This document shows, piece after piece, positions 5,840-15,406 of a DNA stretch of 31,862 bases (position 1 is its first letter; each line of letters begins with the position of its first letter). Made by a program: the position numbers and the translations under genes. The DNA comes from a virus (taxonomy: Duplodnaviria; Caudoviricetes): the IMG/VR virus record IMGVR_UViG_3300031951_000777, positions 1 through 31,862 of that record. One strand, 5' to 3'. Under the pieces are notes generated by a model. The model was not told the DNA's origin. It worked only from the letters and a program-made list of their open reading frames with translations, and did not search any database.

Positions 5840-6948
5840 TAGTAGGTCATCTCCGTGGTTTCAATTTTGGCCACCCAGCGGATGGTGGTAGCTAATGCGC
5901 CAGTGACTTCAACTTTAATGCCGCCGTTGGTGGTGTCTGCCGTGACGGCAACAGCCCATGCTGCAGCACCGGCGTCGTTGTGGGTCATGGTGACAGTCGG
6001 CGTGCCAACCATCGCGGTAGATGCTGCGTTAGCGCCACGTTTGATGGCACCGTTGATTGTCCAGCGGGCGGTGTTGCCTGCGGCTGTGACGCCTGCGATC
6101 ACCTCACCGCTGAAGCTGTAGGCCGCGTTATTGGGGAGGATGACTTGGTTGGTGGTGCTGGCGGCGCTGCTGTCGCTGCAGAGGACTGTGGCGGTGGCGT
6201 CGGTGGTTTGGCGGCCTAAGAGTAGGAGGGCGGATTGGGTGGCGCCTTGCGCGTTGGCGATAGGGATAGAACAAGCAGGAAATATGTGATTTCCAACAAT
6301 AGATCTTACGGTGCCCCTTCTTCCTCCAGCGACAAAAGATTGCGAAGCGTTTGCAATATTATCTATTCCGCCAACAATACAAGAATTAGATCCAGATGCT
6401 GCGTTGGTGTCACCCGCTACGACAATACTACGCAGTCCACTTGCAATATTGCCAATCCCACCCCCCACAAACGAATACTGCCCACTCGCCGTATTACCAC
6501 TCCCCCCACAAACCGCAGCGTGGGTGTTGGTTTGGGCGGTGTTGCTCTGGCCGCCGCCGACGAAGGAGTAGGTGCTGGAGGCGGTGTTGCTATCTCCACC
6601 GACAACCACGGAAGACACACCAGAGGCTTGATTTGAAACTCCCGCCAAGATGCCTGAAGTTGTTCCACTTGCAACTTGCGCTGCGGTCCCTCTGTTTTTT
6701 TGAAAATCCGTAGATCTTTGTCCGCGTAGATTGCCGCCTGTCGTTGTTTCGTCAGGCACTTGAGCAATAGTCGCCCCGAATCCCTTGGCAACTAGAGCTA
6801 CATCTAAGTTGGTTCGCAGGATTGTCTCTCTGTCTTCAGGAGGCAAAACAGCAACAACAGGACGGGTTGCATTGGTGCCTGTTGAAAATAGCCGAGTAAC
6901 AATAGACAGAGCGGCACGTGACGCCCACCCTCCAGTATTCAGGTTCAT
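5839..6948 (-). CDS. Tail fibre/adhesin with approximately 14-aa beta-solenoid repeats
   Basis: About 8 tandem units of S-x-V-x-G-G-x-x-N-x-A-S-G; T/A/G-rich beta C-terminal domain; lies in the tail cluster. Confidence 0.75.
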   Translation of the reverse strand: MNLNTGGWASRAALSIVTRLFSTGTNATRPVVAVLPPEDRETILRTNLDVALVAKGFGATIAQVPDETTTGGNLRGQRSTDFQKNRGTAAQVASGTTSGILAGVSNQASGVSSVVVGGDSNTASSTYSFVGGGQSNTAQTNTHAAVCGGSGNTASGQYSFVGGGIGNIASGLRSIVVAGDTNAASGSNSCIVGGIDNIANASQSFVAGGRRGTVRSIVGNHIFPACSIPIANAQGATQSALLLLGRQTTDATATVLCSDSSAASTTNQVILPNNAAYSFSGEVIAGVTAAGNTARWTINGAIKRGANAASTAMVGTPTVTMTHNDAGAAAWAVAVTADTTNGGIKVEVTGALATTIRWVAKIETTEMTY

Positions 6949-7340
6949 GTCAGGTCACCGCCCCATGCGCTGACACGAACCGTGCCGGTGGTTGGCGCAA
7001 CGCTAATCGTGGCGCCCAGCTTGTAGCTCGCGCTCGGTAGCACCAGATCCGTGTATGCCGTCACCAGGCGATAGCCCTTGACGGTGTTGCTGCCGGTGGT
7101 GGCGCTGATCGTCACCTGATCAAATAGGTCCCACTGCGTGCCGTCCCACAGGAACAGGTTGACCAGTGCTGCGACGGTAGTGGCGGTGCCTTGCACGTTG
7201 ACGCTCAGCACCCGGGTGCCAGCGCTGGCGCCCACGATGAGGTCGTTGATTGTGCCGGTGCCATCCGTTGCGGTGTTCGCCGTGCTCAGCGACAGTCGCC
7301 CGATGCGCGGGGTGGAGATGAAAGAGGGTGAGGCTGCCAT
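6945..7340 (-). CDS. Putative virion structural protein (beta-rich, 131 aa)
   Basis: T/S/G/A-rich; coupled to neighbours in the fibre cluster. Confidence 0.6.
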   Translation of the reverse strand: MAASPSFISTPRIGRLSLSTANTATDGTGTINDLIVGASAGTRVLSVNVQGTATTVAALVNLFLWDGTQWDLFDQVTISATTGSNTVKGYRLVTAYTDLVLPSASYKLGATISVAPTTGTVRVSAWGGDLT

Positions 7341-7343
7341 GGC

Positions 7344-7610
7344 TTAGATGCAGTTGACGTTGAGGTAGAGGTTGTCACCAACGGAGCTGCCTCCGCCACC
7401 GCCACCTGCTGTTGCCCATGACAGCACACCAGAGCCGTTGGTGCTGAGCACTTGGCCGGTGGTGCCATCAGCGGCAGGCAGTGTCCAGATGCGGTTGGTC
7501 GTGATGGTCGACGGGGCCTTGAAGCCGACATAGGCGGATGAGTCCGCATCAGCCAGCCGCAGCTCGCGTTGAGCGTTGAGCGTTATGTCAGTTTCAAAAG
7601 CCCGTGCCAT
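7344..7610 (-). CDS. Short fibre-like protein, 88 aa
   Basis: WTLPAADGTTGQVLSTNGSGVLSWAT is a common phage fibre shaft motif; Gly6 linker. Confidence 0.7.
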   Translation of the reverse strand: MARAFETDITLNAQRELRLADADSSAYVGFKAPSTITTNRIWTLPAADGTTGQVLSTNGSGVLSWATAGGGGGGSSVGDNLYLNVNCI

Positions 7611-8401
7611 CAGCCGATCACCACGACGCGATAGGCGTTAGAAGCAGGTGCCGTGGCAAACACCAACGTGGCGGTGGTTGTGCTGGTGCGTTGCACGTCC
7701 ACTTCCACGTCGTCATAGGTGCCGGAGTTGGGAAACACGCGAATGATCACGTCACGAGTGTTCAAGCTGTGCGTGATCGTATAGCTGGTTGCGCTGCCGT
7801 CACCGATGTTGGTGCTGTACTTCTTGATCCGCCCGGACCAGCTGGCCAGCTTCAGCGGTGTGACGATACGCAGGTCGTCGGTGCCAGCGTCAACCTCGGC
7901 CTGCGTGGCAAGTTCGGCGATACCAGCAGTCGTCTCACTGGCTGCAGGTGCTGCAGCGGCAAACGATGTCCAAATGACATTGCTGCTATCAATAGTGCCG
8001 TTGACCTGCGTCTGACGCCACGTCGTACCAGCGTCGGTGCCTTCCTCGACGGTGATGATCGCCTGTTCAAGCTCAGCAAAGGTGCTGGCATCAAGCGAGC
8101 GGGTCATGGCAACCGCGCTGCCATTCCACACATAAATGCCGTTCTCGCTTTGCGTGGATTGGTTGCGCACCAGCACCCGATCCTGTGACGCCATGGTCAC
8201 GCCATCAACCGTGGCGCCAGGACTGCTCAGGTTGATATTGCTTTGCGTGCCAACGCGGGCGCTGTCCTTCCATGCCAGACCTTCAACCGCAGAGTCCACG
8301 TAGGACTTGGGCACTGCGTCGCCAGATGCAGTTGGCGTCGGGACATTGATGACCTTCGAGACGCTTTGCAGGTCTAGGTCGGTAAAAAACTTGCGAGCCA
8401 T
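7610..8401 (-). CDS. Fibre/appendage protein, 263 aa
   Basis: DAVPKSYVD, DRVLVRNQSTQSENGIY, ASETTAGIAELATQAEV...IVTPLKL and ITHSLNTRDV are all recurrent fibre motifs. Confidence 0.75.
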   Translation of the reverse strand: MARKFFTDLDLQSVSKVINVPTPTASGDAVPKSYVDSAVEGLAWKDSARVGTQSNINLSSPGATVDGVTMASQDRVLVRNQSTQSENGIYVWNGSAVAMTRSLDASTFAELEQAIITVEEGTDAGTTWRQTQVNGTIDSSNVIWTSFAAAAPAASETTAGIAELATQAEVDAGTDDLRIVTPLKLASWSGRIKKYSTNIGDGSATSYTITHSLNTRDVIIRVFPNSGTYDDVEVDVQRTSTTTATLVFATAPASNAYRVVVIG

Positions 8402-8402
8402 G

Positions 8403-8729
8403 TCAGATCAAGCGAGCGAGGCCAGCGGATGCTGGGTTCAGTGTAACAACGGTTTGGTTATCACTTGGATGCGCCACATCACCATCAATTTCTTGACTAC
8501 CACTATCAAGTAATTCAACAGATGGTTTATAGCCAAGATTGTGGTTAATAGTCCAAGTTGTTGCTGGTGCAATTTGTTGGTACACAAACGCAGCCGCCCC
8601 TGATGGTCCTTGCGGACCTTGCGTGATTGCGGTGACGGTGCTGGTAACAGGTACGGTGACAACAGTGCTGCTGCCGTTTTCGGTGACGGTGACCGTATTA
8701 GTTACAGAGCTGACGTTGACGGTCGTCAT
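8403..8729 (-). CDS. Putative structural protein, 108 aa
   Basis: V/T-rich N-terminus, short GPQGPSG collagen-like hinge, WTINHNLGYKPSV domain. Confidence 0.65.
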   Translation of the reverse strand: MTTVNVSSVTNTVTVTENGSSTVVTVPVTSTVTAITQGPQGPSGAAAFVYQQIAPATTWTINHNLGYKPSVELLDSGSQEIDGDVAHPSDNQTVVTLNPASAGLARLI

Positions 8730-9064
8730 CCCGTATACCCCTCGCTGACGTAAATGATGCCTTCGAGGTAATACTCTTTGAGGCCGGAGGGGTTGGTCAG
8801 CAGTACGTCGTAGTACGCCTCATTGGGCAGCGTTGCAGTCTGGTCATCCGTCAACGCGATGGCGACTGTTCCAGTGCTGCGGTTGGTGTAGGTAACGGTG
8901 AAGTCGCCGTATTTGGTGGTGCGCCCTTGGTTCCAGGATTGCGCTGCAACGGTCCAGCCGGTCAGGTTGATGGCAGCGTCAGTGCTGTCCTTGAACTGCA
9001 GCGTGATGCTGTAGTCCGCCCGGCGCTGCAGGCTGATGTTGTAGGTGCCGGGTGAGATTGCCAT
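8726..9064 (-). CDS. Putative tail adaptor (BppU-like beta sandwich), 112 aa
   Basis: YNISLQRRADY...INLTGWTVAAQ...YYDVLLT...YYLEG.I.V pattern typical of appendage adaptor proteins. Confidence 0.55.
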   Translation of the reverse strand: MAISPGTYNISLQRRADYSITLQFKDSTDAAINLTGWTVAAQSWNQGRTTKYGDFTVTYTNRSTGTVAIALTDDQTATLPNEAYYDVLLTNPSGLKEYYLEGIIYVSEGYTG

Positions 9065-9066
9065 GA

Positions 9067-9312
9067 TCAGCTCAGGCCAAACAGCTCTTTCAATTCTGCA
9101 ACCGTCAACCCAGCGGCTTCCAGCTTCTGCTCAGTGGTGAGCACTGGAGGGGCAGGTGGTTCAGGGGCAGGCTCGGGAGTGTTGCCTTCATCGAGCCATG
9201 CTTGGTATTCCCGCCATTCGGGGGTGCCATTGTTTTGTGGCGGCAGGAACATGATGCTGCCATTTTCAAGGGGCAGTTTGATGCTGGTGTTGGTGGTTAG
9301 TTGGTAGGTCAT
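9067..9312 (-). CDS. Putative tail-fibre assembly protein
   Basis: EYQAWLDEGNTPEPA motif; directly downstream of the fibre gene. Confidence 0.65.
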   Translation of the reverse strand: MTYQLTTNTSIKLPLENGSIMFLPPQNNGTPEWREYQAWLDEGNTPEPAPEPPAPPVLTTEQKLEAAGLTVAELKELFGLS

Positions 9313-9315
9313 GGA

Positions 9316-10749
9316 TCAAAGCTCCACAGCAGCAATGTTATTAACATAAACAATCACATCTTGCTGGCTCCCCGATGCGGAAAATTCTACTCCGTTAGCG
9401 TAAACACTATTGGCCGTTACGGTGCCGGTCCCTGCTATTTTTGATCCCATAGTTACATTGGGTATAGTTCTTTTGCTGACCACAAATTGACCTTGCCCGC
9501 GTATAATTTGCGTTCCAGAACTCCAAGGCAGCATGATTGCGACCGGGCCAAAAATCTCGTAATACCTCTGACAAAGCGCCAGCTCCTGCCCGTAACTCCT
9601 GCGTTCAAACGGGGTGGCGACGGTTCCGGGTTCTAGTTGCACATCAGTGATATACAAGAAATCGCCTGCAGTCGTATCTGTCACATCAGACCAAATGAAT
9701 ACGATAATGTTGTTAGTGCTGGCTGTATCAATGTTTGCAGACAGCGAATAAGTGGCGTAGCTTGTTGTGACGCTTAAATTCGCAGGCGTGTTCTCGTAGG
9801 TGGCATTGGCAATCAGCGTTGGATTGGTGCCTTCTGCGCCCCATGCGCTGATAATGTCGCTTGTCACTGTATCAGCAGTGCCAGACCACGCAACAATCGC
9901 GGCTTTTACGTTGTCGAGCTTGGTAGTAGAGCTAACTTTTGCCTTAAAACTCAGCGTGACATTGCCACCTGTTAGCCCAACGCAGTTGACGTTTTCAATA
10001 ATTTGAGCAATGCCAAACTTCTTGTTTACTGTTTCAACATCAAGCGCAATGGCATATTTCTGATTGGTCGGTACGGTTGATGTTTCCTGCGTTACGTCAA
10101 TAGCATCGTTGCCATCGCTCAGAATGTACCAGCGGTCGAGCGTGTAGGCGTCGTCATTATTGGCAGCGCTTACAAAACTTGTGCCCCGTTGCGCAACGGA
10201 AAAGTCACCGTTGATGATGCGGTTACGGGTGCCACTGAGCGGTCCGCCGTTGAGGTTTGCCACCTGCACCTGATCGGTGCCGGCGTCGATCTTGAACAGG
10301 TTTGGCTCGGTGTCGCCTTCAATCCTGAAGTCAACGTCAGCGCCACCATCATTGAACACCACCTCGGTGGAGCCGTTGAAGTTGACGCGTTGAACACCAG
10401 CTGTGGTGATGGCTACTTGGTCGGTGCCGGGGCTGTAGAAGCCGGTATCGGTGCCGCTGTCCTTGAAATACAGCGACGGTGCAGCAGCGGTGCCGTTCTC
10501 CAGCGCGATCGTTGTCCACTCGCCATCAAGCTGGTACAGCGTGATCCAGCCGCTGTTGGCTGCGTTGCGAATTTTGTACAGGCCAGTTGAAGTATCCGCC
10601 CACGGCATGTAGGCGACGGTCTCAGGCGGCGCAGTGGCGCTGCTGTTTTGCGAGAACAATGCCAGCAGTGCGTCGTTCAGGTCAGCGCGTACAGCCGAAC
10701 CACTGCCGTTTGGAATTATGTCCGTGCCCGTCCAGTCGTACGTGGCCAT
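9316..10749 (-). CDS. Tail fibre / receptor-binding protein, 477 aa
   Basis: Follows J; contains AVRADLNDAL, GTAAAPSLYF, RNRIINGDFSVAQRG and QLEPGTVATPFERRSYGQELALCQRYY. Confidence 0.85.
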   Translation of the reverse strand: MATYDWTGTDIIPNGSGSAVRADLNDALLALFSQNSSATAPPETVAYMPWADTSTGLYKIRNAANSGWITLYQLDGEWTTIALENGTAAAPSLYFKDSGTDTGFYSPGTDQVAITTAGVQRVNFNGSTEVVFNDGGADVDFRIEGDTEPNLFKIDAGTDQVQVANLNGGPLSGTRNRIINGDFSVAQRGTSFVSAANNDDAYTLDRWYILSDGNDAIDVTQETSTVPTNQKYAIALDVETVNKKFGIAQIIENVNCVGLTGGNVTLSFKAKVSSTTKLDNVKAAIVAWSGTADTVTSDIISAWGAEGTNPTLIANATYENTPANLSVTTSYATYSLSANIDTASTNNIIVFIWSDVTDTTAGDFLYITDVQLEPGTVATPFERRSYGQELALCQRYYEIFGPVAIMLPWSSGTQIIRGQGQFVVSKRTIPNVTMGSKIAGTGTVTANSVYANGVEFSASGSQQDVIVYVNNIAAVEL

Positions 10750-10752
10750 GGA

Positions 10753-13700
10753 TTATGCGCCTTTACCGTATCCTACCGCTGACCACGCAAACAGGCGATC
10801 AACTGCAGTGCCGCTGCTATTGCGGAAAGTCACATCAAAACCGCTGCTGCTGACGTTGGTCACATTGAAGTAGTCACCAGATTGCAAATTCTGAGCGGTG
10901 ATGCCGATGGATGGCAAGATGCTGTTGACGCCGCCGAGCACAGCAGAGCCAGTCCAGTAAGGATTGGCAAACGCAACGCTTTTTGTGCCAGCGCCGCTTG
11001 CCTCGGCTACCACCGAGCTTTCAATGCGCCGCTGGAATGATGCTTTGTATCCCAGCTCGTAGCAGGCAAACGCCTGCGACAGCGTAAAGGCGGCGGCATC
11101 TAGCTTGAACTGGAACGCTCGCGCGGTGAAGGTGCCGTTGCCGAATTCTTGGTAGTCACTCCACGTTGGCGATCCAGTGGGGTTGTCGTCGGTGGTGCGC
11201 ACGCAGACCTTGGAGTTCACCTGATCCGCCACTGCACCTTCAAAGTCAACCCACGTATCAATCAGGTCGGTGCGTTCGTCGATCAAATCAGACGGGTAGA
11301 AGCCGCCAGCAACAAGATGACGCCGCAGGTCTAGCGAATACTTAGCGCCTAGATCCAGCACTTCAGTAAACACATAACTGCCAGTAGTGGCAATGTCGCC
11401 GTAATAGTCAAGGTCTAGCAGCAGGTCAAGGTCTGCGATGGTGTCAAACAGTGCTGAACCGCCAAGCGTAATGGCGTCATATTCGACGCTGTAGAACAGG
11501 TTGGTGAACTCGCCTTGGAATGGCGGGTCGGTTATGTCTTCGCGTTTATCCAGCACCAAAAAGGCGCTAAGTGGATCGGGAAGATCAACAATGACGCTGG
11601 CCTCACCAAGGCTTTGTTTGCCGCTGCTGTCTTCAAACTTGACGATGTATTCACCCTCGACCATCGGCACGATCGCCTCGGTGCTGTAGCCAGGCACTGC
11701 AGGGATGAGATCCTGCGAATTAGTCCATGAGCCGGTGCCGTCTGTGATGCTGGTGTGGCGGATGTGGACGCGACCGCCGATCTTCACGTCAAGATCAGTT
11801 GAGGCGCCCCAACGCAAGCGTGCAGAGTTGGCGCTGATCTGCTCAATCGTCAGATTCTGTACATTGGCGGGCTCAGCTAATTTGCCGCGTGCTGATACAT
11901 CAAGACGTGCTGCTTGCGCTGATGGCCGCAAGCCAGGATTGACGCCATAGATCAACACTTCATAATCGCCAGGCGTGGTGTCATAGATGACGTATTCCTG
12001 CGTTGTGACGTAGCTCTGCGCCCAGTTGCCGTCTACCCTGCGCCATTGCACCAGGTATTGCACAGCATTGGTGCGCCCATTTTCATCAATGGATGCAAGC
12101 CAGTTGATGATGAGCTTGGACAGCACCTGCCCAGACTCTTCGTACAGCACCTCTTGAAAGATTGGCGCACGTGGTGCGCTGGCTGGCTTGTTGAGGTCAG
12201 TGATGTCGCGCTCTTCTAACGCCGTGCCACGCTCGATGTAGTCGTATTTGCTGGCGTTGTAAGCAATGGCGCTGATGGCATAGTTGCTACCGTCTTGCTC
12301 TTGAACGGTAAGCACGCGCCACGTTGACGTTTGGATGGCTCTGGTTTGATAAATCCAGACGCTGTTGGCGTTAGGTGCTGTTGAGAATGCCGACGACACA
12401 GTGATCACATCACCAGCGATGGTTGCGATGGTGCGCGTCTGGACGCTGCCATCAGGCATGATCACAGACAGATCAGCGCCTGCTGCTGTCAATCCAGTGG
12501 CATCATCAACGGTGATGGCTGTGGTCGTTGCAGCAGAGATGCGGCCACCGCGACGTGCGCCAGCCTTGACTGGATCGGCTACTTCAATGATCTGCCCAGG
12601 GCGCACCAACACGCCAGCATCAATGGAGGCCGTGAAGCTGATGATCTCGCTTTCGTAGCGTTCGGAATACAGCAGCCACTCGCCGATGCGATACGCCTGC
12701 CCGCGACTGGTGCAAGCAAAGGCGCTGATTTCAGTTTTGACGACGCCATATTTCTGGATGGCTTCTGCGTCTTCTACGACTTCGTAGGCAATGTCACGCG
12801 ACTGCAGATCGAGGTAGCTAACAACGCAGACCGTGGGACGCGTCTTGCGGCTGCCACCTTGATAGCTGAAGCCTTCCTCGGTTACATTCGCCAGCGTGAA
12901 CAGGTAGGCAGTATCAGCGGGCCTGTCTTGACTGATTGTCAGTGCGCCAGTGCTCCAATACGGCATACAGCGCATTACGCTGCACATGTCGTTGATTAGC
13001 TTGTACGCATCTTCTGCAGTTTGGATGTTGACGTTGCAGGAGAAGCGCGGCTCCTGTCCGCCGAAGCCATCAGGCACCAGCTCGGAGCAATACTGGCTGG
13101 CTGCGTAGAAGGCGAACTTATCAAGTTGCGCAGCTTCAATGTGATCACCAAAGCCATAGCGCGTTGATGTGAGCAAGTCCCACAAGATCCACGCAGGGTC
13201 GCTGCACCATTGCGCTGCACCAAAGGTGCCGTTCCAGATGCCGGCATAGATCAGCCTGCCGGTAACGCTATCAACGGTGGCATTGCTTGGGATGCGCACC
13301 TTGATGCCACGGATCAGATAGGACCGCGATGGGATGCGGTTGAACTGCTCGGCGTCAATGCGCGTCCAAACCAGGGCACTGTTGGGATAGCGCAGTTTGG
13401 CGTAGATGATTTCGGTGTAGCTGGTCCAGTTGAAGGCGTTGACGACTTTTGGGTCGGTGCTATCTGGCCGGTCGCGTTCGATCTTGATGTCGATCGGATA
13501 CGTGCTGGCAAGGTTGATTAGGTAGTCACGCTGATAGGCGTCACCAGTGCGTCCGCTGATGGTGCCGGTAACGGCCAAGTTGTAGCCGCCACCGTTGTAC
13601 TGCACGTAAATGCGCAAACCAACTTGCGAACCGAGCACATCGCCTTCGTTGGTGAAGGTTTGCAGTTGCGGCACCGTAATGGTGATACGTGCAGCATTAA

Positions 13701-14070
13701 CGCTGGTGTCTGTGATGGTGCGCACCACTGGCGATGCGTACTGCACCTCAACGCCTACTGACTTCTCATCCTCTACGTCAGATGTGCCAGGGATGTAAGT
13801 CTGATTTTGCGTGCCATTGCGCGTGGCAATGGAAACGTTCTGGAAGTTGTATGTACCGTCTGCATTTTGCAGCGGCGTGTTATCAATGAAAATAGATTGG
13901 TAGCCATTCTTCAGCCCTTCGATCTCGCCCTCGCTGATCAAATCGAGGACTTGCGCATATTGCTTGGAATTAAGACTGTCGGTTTCAGTAACAGGAGTGC
14001 GTGGTGCGGGTTGCGATTGTGCGCCGCCGCCTTTACCGCCACCGCCGCCAGCGCCATAAATGCGGGCCAT
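10753..14070 (-). CDS. J: Tail tip / host-specificity protein J (lambda-like)
   Basis: 1105 aa; DLISEGEIEGL, YPNSAL, SDPAWILWDLL, EPRFSCN, FACTSRGQAYR and FN3-like segments; follows M-L-K-I. Confidence 0.93.
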   Translation of the reverse strand: MARIYGAGGGGGKGGGAQSQPAPRTPVTETDSLNSKQYAQVLDLISEGEIEGLKNGYQSIFIDNTPLQNADGTYNFQNVSIATRNGTQNQTYIPGTSDVEDEKSVGVEVQYASPVVRTITDTSVNAARITITVPQLQTFTNEGDVLGSQVGLRIYVQYNGGGYNLAVTGTISGRTGDAYQRDYLINLASTYPIDIKIERDRPDSTDPKVVNAFNWTSYTEIIYAKLRYPNSALVWTRIDAEQFNRIPSRSYLIRGIKVRIPSNATVDSVTGRLIYAGIWNGTFGAAQWCSDPAWILWDLLTSTRYGFGDHIEAAQLDKFAFYAASQYCSELVPDGFGGQEPRFSCNVNIQTAEDAYKLINDMCSVMRCMPYWSTGALTISQDRPADTAYLFTLANVTEEGFSYQGGSRKTRPTVCVVSYLDLQSRDIAYEVVEDAEAIQKYGVVKTEISAFACTSRGQAYRIGEWLLYSERYESEIISFTASIDAGVLVRPGQIIEVADPVKAGARRGGRISAATTTAITVDDATGLTAAGADLSVIMPDGSVQTRTIATIAGDVITVSSAFSTAPNANSVWIYQTRAIQTSTWRVLTVQEQDGSNYAISAIAYNASKYDYIERGTALEERDITDLNKPASAPRAPIFQEVLYEESGQVLSKLIINWLASIDENGRTNAVQYLVQWRRVDGNWAQSYVTTQEYVIYDTTPGDYEVLIYGVNPGLRPSAQAARLDVSARGKLAEPANVQNLTIEQISANSARLRWGASTDLDVKIGGRVHIRHTSITDGTGSWTNSQDLIPAVPGYSTEAIVPMVEGEYIVKFEDSSGKQSLGEASVIVDLPDPLSAFLVLDKREDITDPPFQGEFTNLFYSVEYDAITLGGSALFDTIADLDLLLDLDYYGDIATTGSYVFTEVLDLGAKYSLDLRRHLVAGGFYPSDLIDERTDLIDTWVDFEGAVADQVNSKVCVRTTDDNPTGSPTWSDYQEFGNGTFTARAFQFKLDAAAFTLSQAFACYELGYKASFQRRIESSVVAEASGAGTKSVAFANPYWTGSAVLGGVNSILPSIGITAQNLQSGDYFNVTNVSSSGFDVTFRNSSGTAVDRLFAWSAVGYGKGA

Positions 14071-14672
14071 CAGCCGTACACCTCTACGGTATCAATACCA
14101 GCCGAGATGGTGACAGATCCGACTAAGGTTTCGCCGTAAACAATCGGCACCGGTGTGCCTTGCCTGCTGGTGTTTTGGATGCCGCTGAAGCTGTAGCTCT
14201 TGCGTGGATCGTTGTTGTCTTGTGGTGTGCCGGGTTGGTTGATTTTTGGCGTCGGGGTGAGCAGGCCAGCAACCCCACCAAGAACAAGGCTTACGCCAAT
14301 ACCAGCCAGAACTGTGCTGACTGCAACAGGTGCAGCAAGCCCAAGCAATCCGATAGTTGCGCCGCCAGTGAAAAATGCACCGGCAATCAATGCAGCCCCA
14401 ATCAAAATACGCCCCACATTGCCACCAGCACCCACCAACACCGGCACTACCTTGATCTCCTGCTGCCCAGCTGGATCGTGCAGCTCGTCCATGGTCAGCG
14501 CATATTTCCCCACGCTCACGCGGTAGTGCTGATCCGCCATGTGCTTTTCAAGTTGCGGGAAGTTCACCACCAGAAATCGCACAGCCTCAGCGGCACTGGC
14601 AACATCTGCCTCAAACACACGCTGCCCCAGAAACTTGGCAAGTCGTCCATATACCCGGATCTTCCGCAGCAT
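14070..14672 (-). CDS. I: Tail assembly protein I (lambda-like)
   Basis: MLRKIRVYGRL, hydrophobic Gly-rich centre, SYSFSGIQNTSRQGTPVPIVYGE. ATG 14672 is preceded by GGAGG. Confidence 0.9.
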   Translation of the reverse strand: MLRKIRVYGRLAKFLGQRVFEADVASAAEAVRFLVVNFPQLEKHMADQHYRVSVGKYALTMDELHDPAGQQEIKVVPVLVGAGGNVGRILIGAALIAGAFFTGGATIGLLGLAAPVAVSTVLAGIGVSLVLGGVAGLLTPTPKINQPGTPQDNNDPRKSYSFSGIQNTSRQGTPVPIVYGETLVGSVTISAGIDTVEVYG

Positions 14673-14680
14673 GACTCGAC

Positions 14681-15406
14681 TCAACCTCCACCTATCGTAA
14701 CGAACTTGGGGTGTCGCAATCTACGGCCTGTGCATTTTTGCAGCCAACCGCCGCCGCCGTATAGGTCACGGCTGCTGAGGCGTCCGCGCAGGTGATGTAG
14801 CACCATGCTGTCGCCGATGTAGACAGCGCAATGGTTCAAGCCACTGCCTGAAATGTTCATCAGCAGGAAGTCGCCTTTTTGCAGCTCTTGCTCTTCTTCC
14901 AGTTCTCGGAATCCAGCCGCGCGCCAGCAGTCGTCAAACATTGGTGCCGCCTCAAACTGCTCTGGCGTTAGCGGGCGCTCCCAATCTGGGAGGTGCAGGC
15001 TGTGCTCTGCGTACCAATCTCGCGCCAGTGTCCAACAGTCGCTGACGCCCCATGTCCACTGCCTGCCGATAAGCGGTGCCTTAAAGCCGCTTGGCTTGCA
15101 CTCGCCCCATGTCTCAAGCTTGGGGTTGACGATGTACCACGGCAAGCCGCTTGCTTCGCAGCCCATCAGGTCTGGCTGACTGGGGACAGGTGGCGTCATC
15201 GGGTGAGAGTGGACGACGGCTACCACCTCGCCTTTGTCTTCCGCAGCGGCATAGTCGTCAGGATCGAGGATGAACTGATCGCTGCCGGTGCTCAGATTGC
15301 GGCATGGCACATAGTGCTCGCGCCCTTTGATCACTACCAGCAGGCCACATGCCTCGCGCGGATCCTCGGCTTTGGCGTGGTCAAGAGCATCAGTGCGCCA
15401 GGTCAT
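14681..15406 (-). CDS. K: Tail assembly protein K (JAB plus NlpC/P60)
   Basis: EACG, HSHP...PSQPD (JAB); GVSDCW and NHCAVY...HH (NlpC/P60). Confidence 0.92.
   Translation of the reverse strand: MTWRTDALDHAKAEDPREACGLLVVIKGREHYVPCRNLSTGSDQFILDPDDYAAAEDKGEVVAVVHSHPMTPPVPSQPDLMGCEASGLPWYIVNPKLETWGECKPSGFKAPLIGRQWTWGVSDCWTLARDWYAEHSLHLPDWERPLTPEQFEAAPMFDDCWRAAGFRELEEEQELQKGDFLLMNISGSGLNHCAVYIGDSMVLHHLRGRLSSRDLYGGGGWLQKCTGRRLRHPKFVTIGGG
14694..14699 (-). promoter_or_regulatory. Putative -10 element TACGAT
   Basis: GtTACGAT 21 nt upstream of ATG 14672; same hexamer as upstream of the scaffold gene. Confidence 0.4.

Noticed and set aside
6461-6705. C6 and T-rich runs as phase-variation or frameshift sites in the repeat fibre
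   Set aside because: The runs are short and explained by Gly-Gly and Lys codons; the reading frame is intact.
5839-10749. Possible diversity-generating retroelement or invertible cassette acting on the fibres
   Set aside because: No reverse transcriptase or invertase, no template/variable repeat pair differing at adenines, and no inverted fibre-tip copies were seen in the window.
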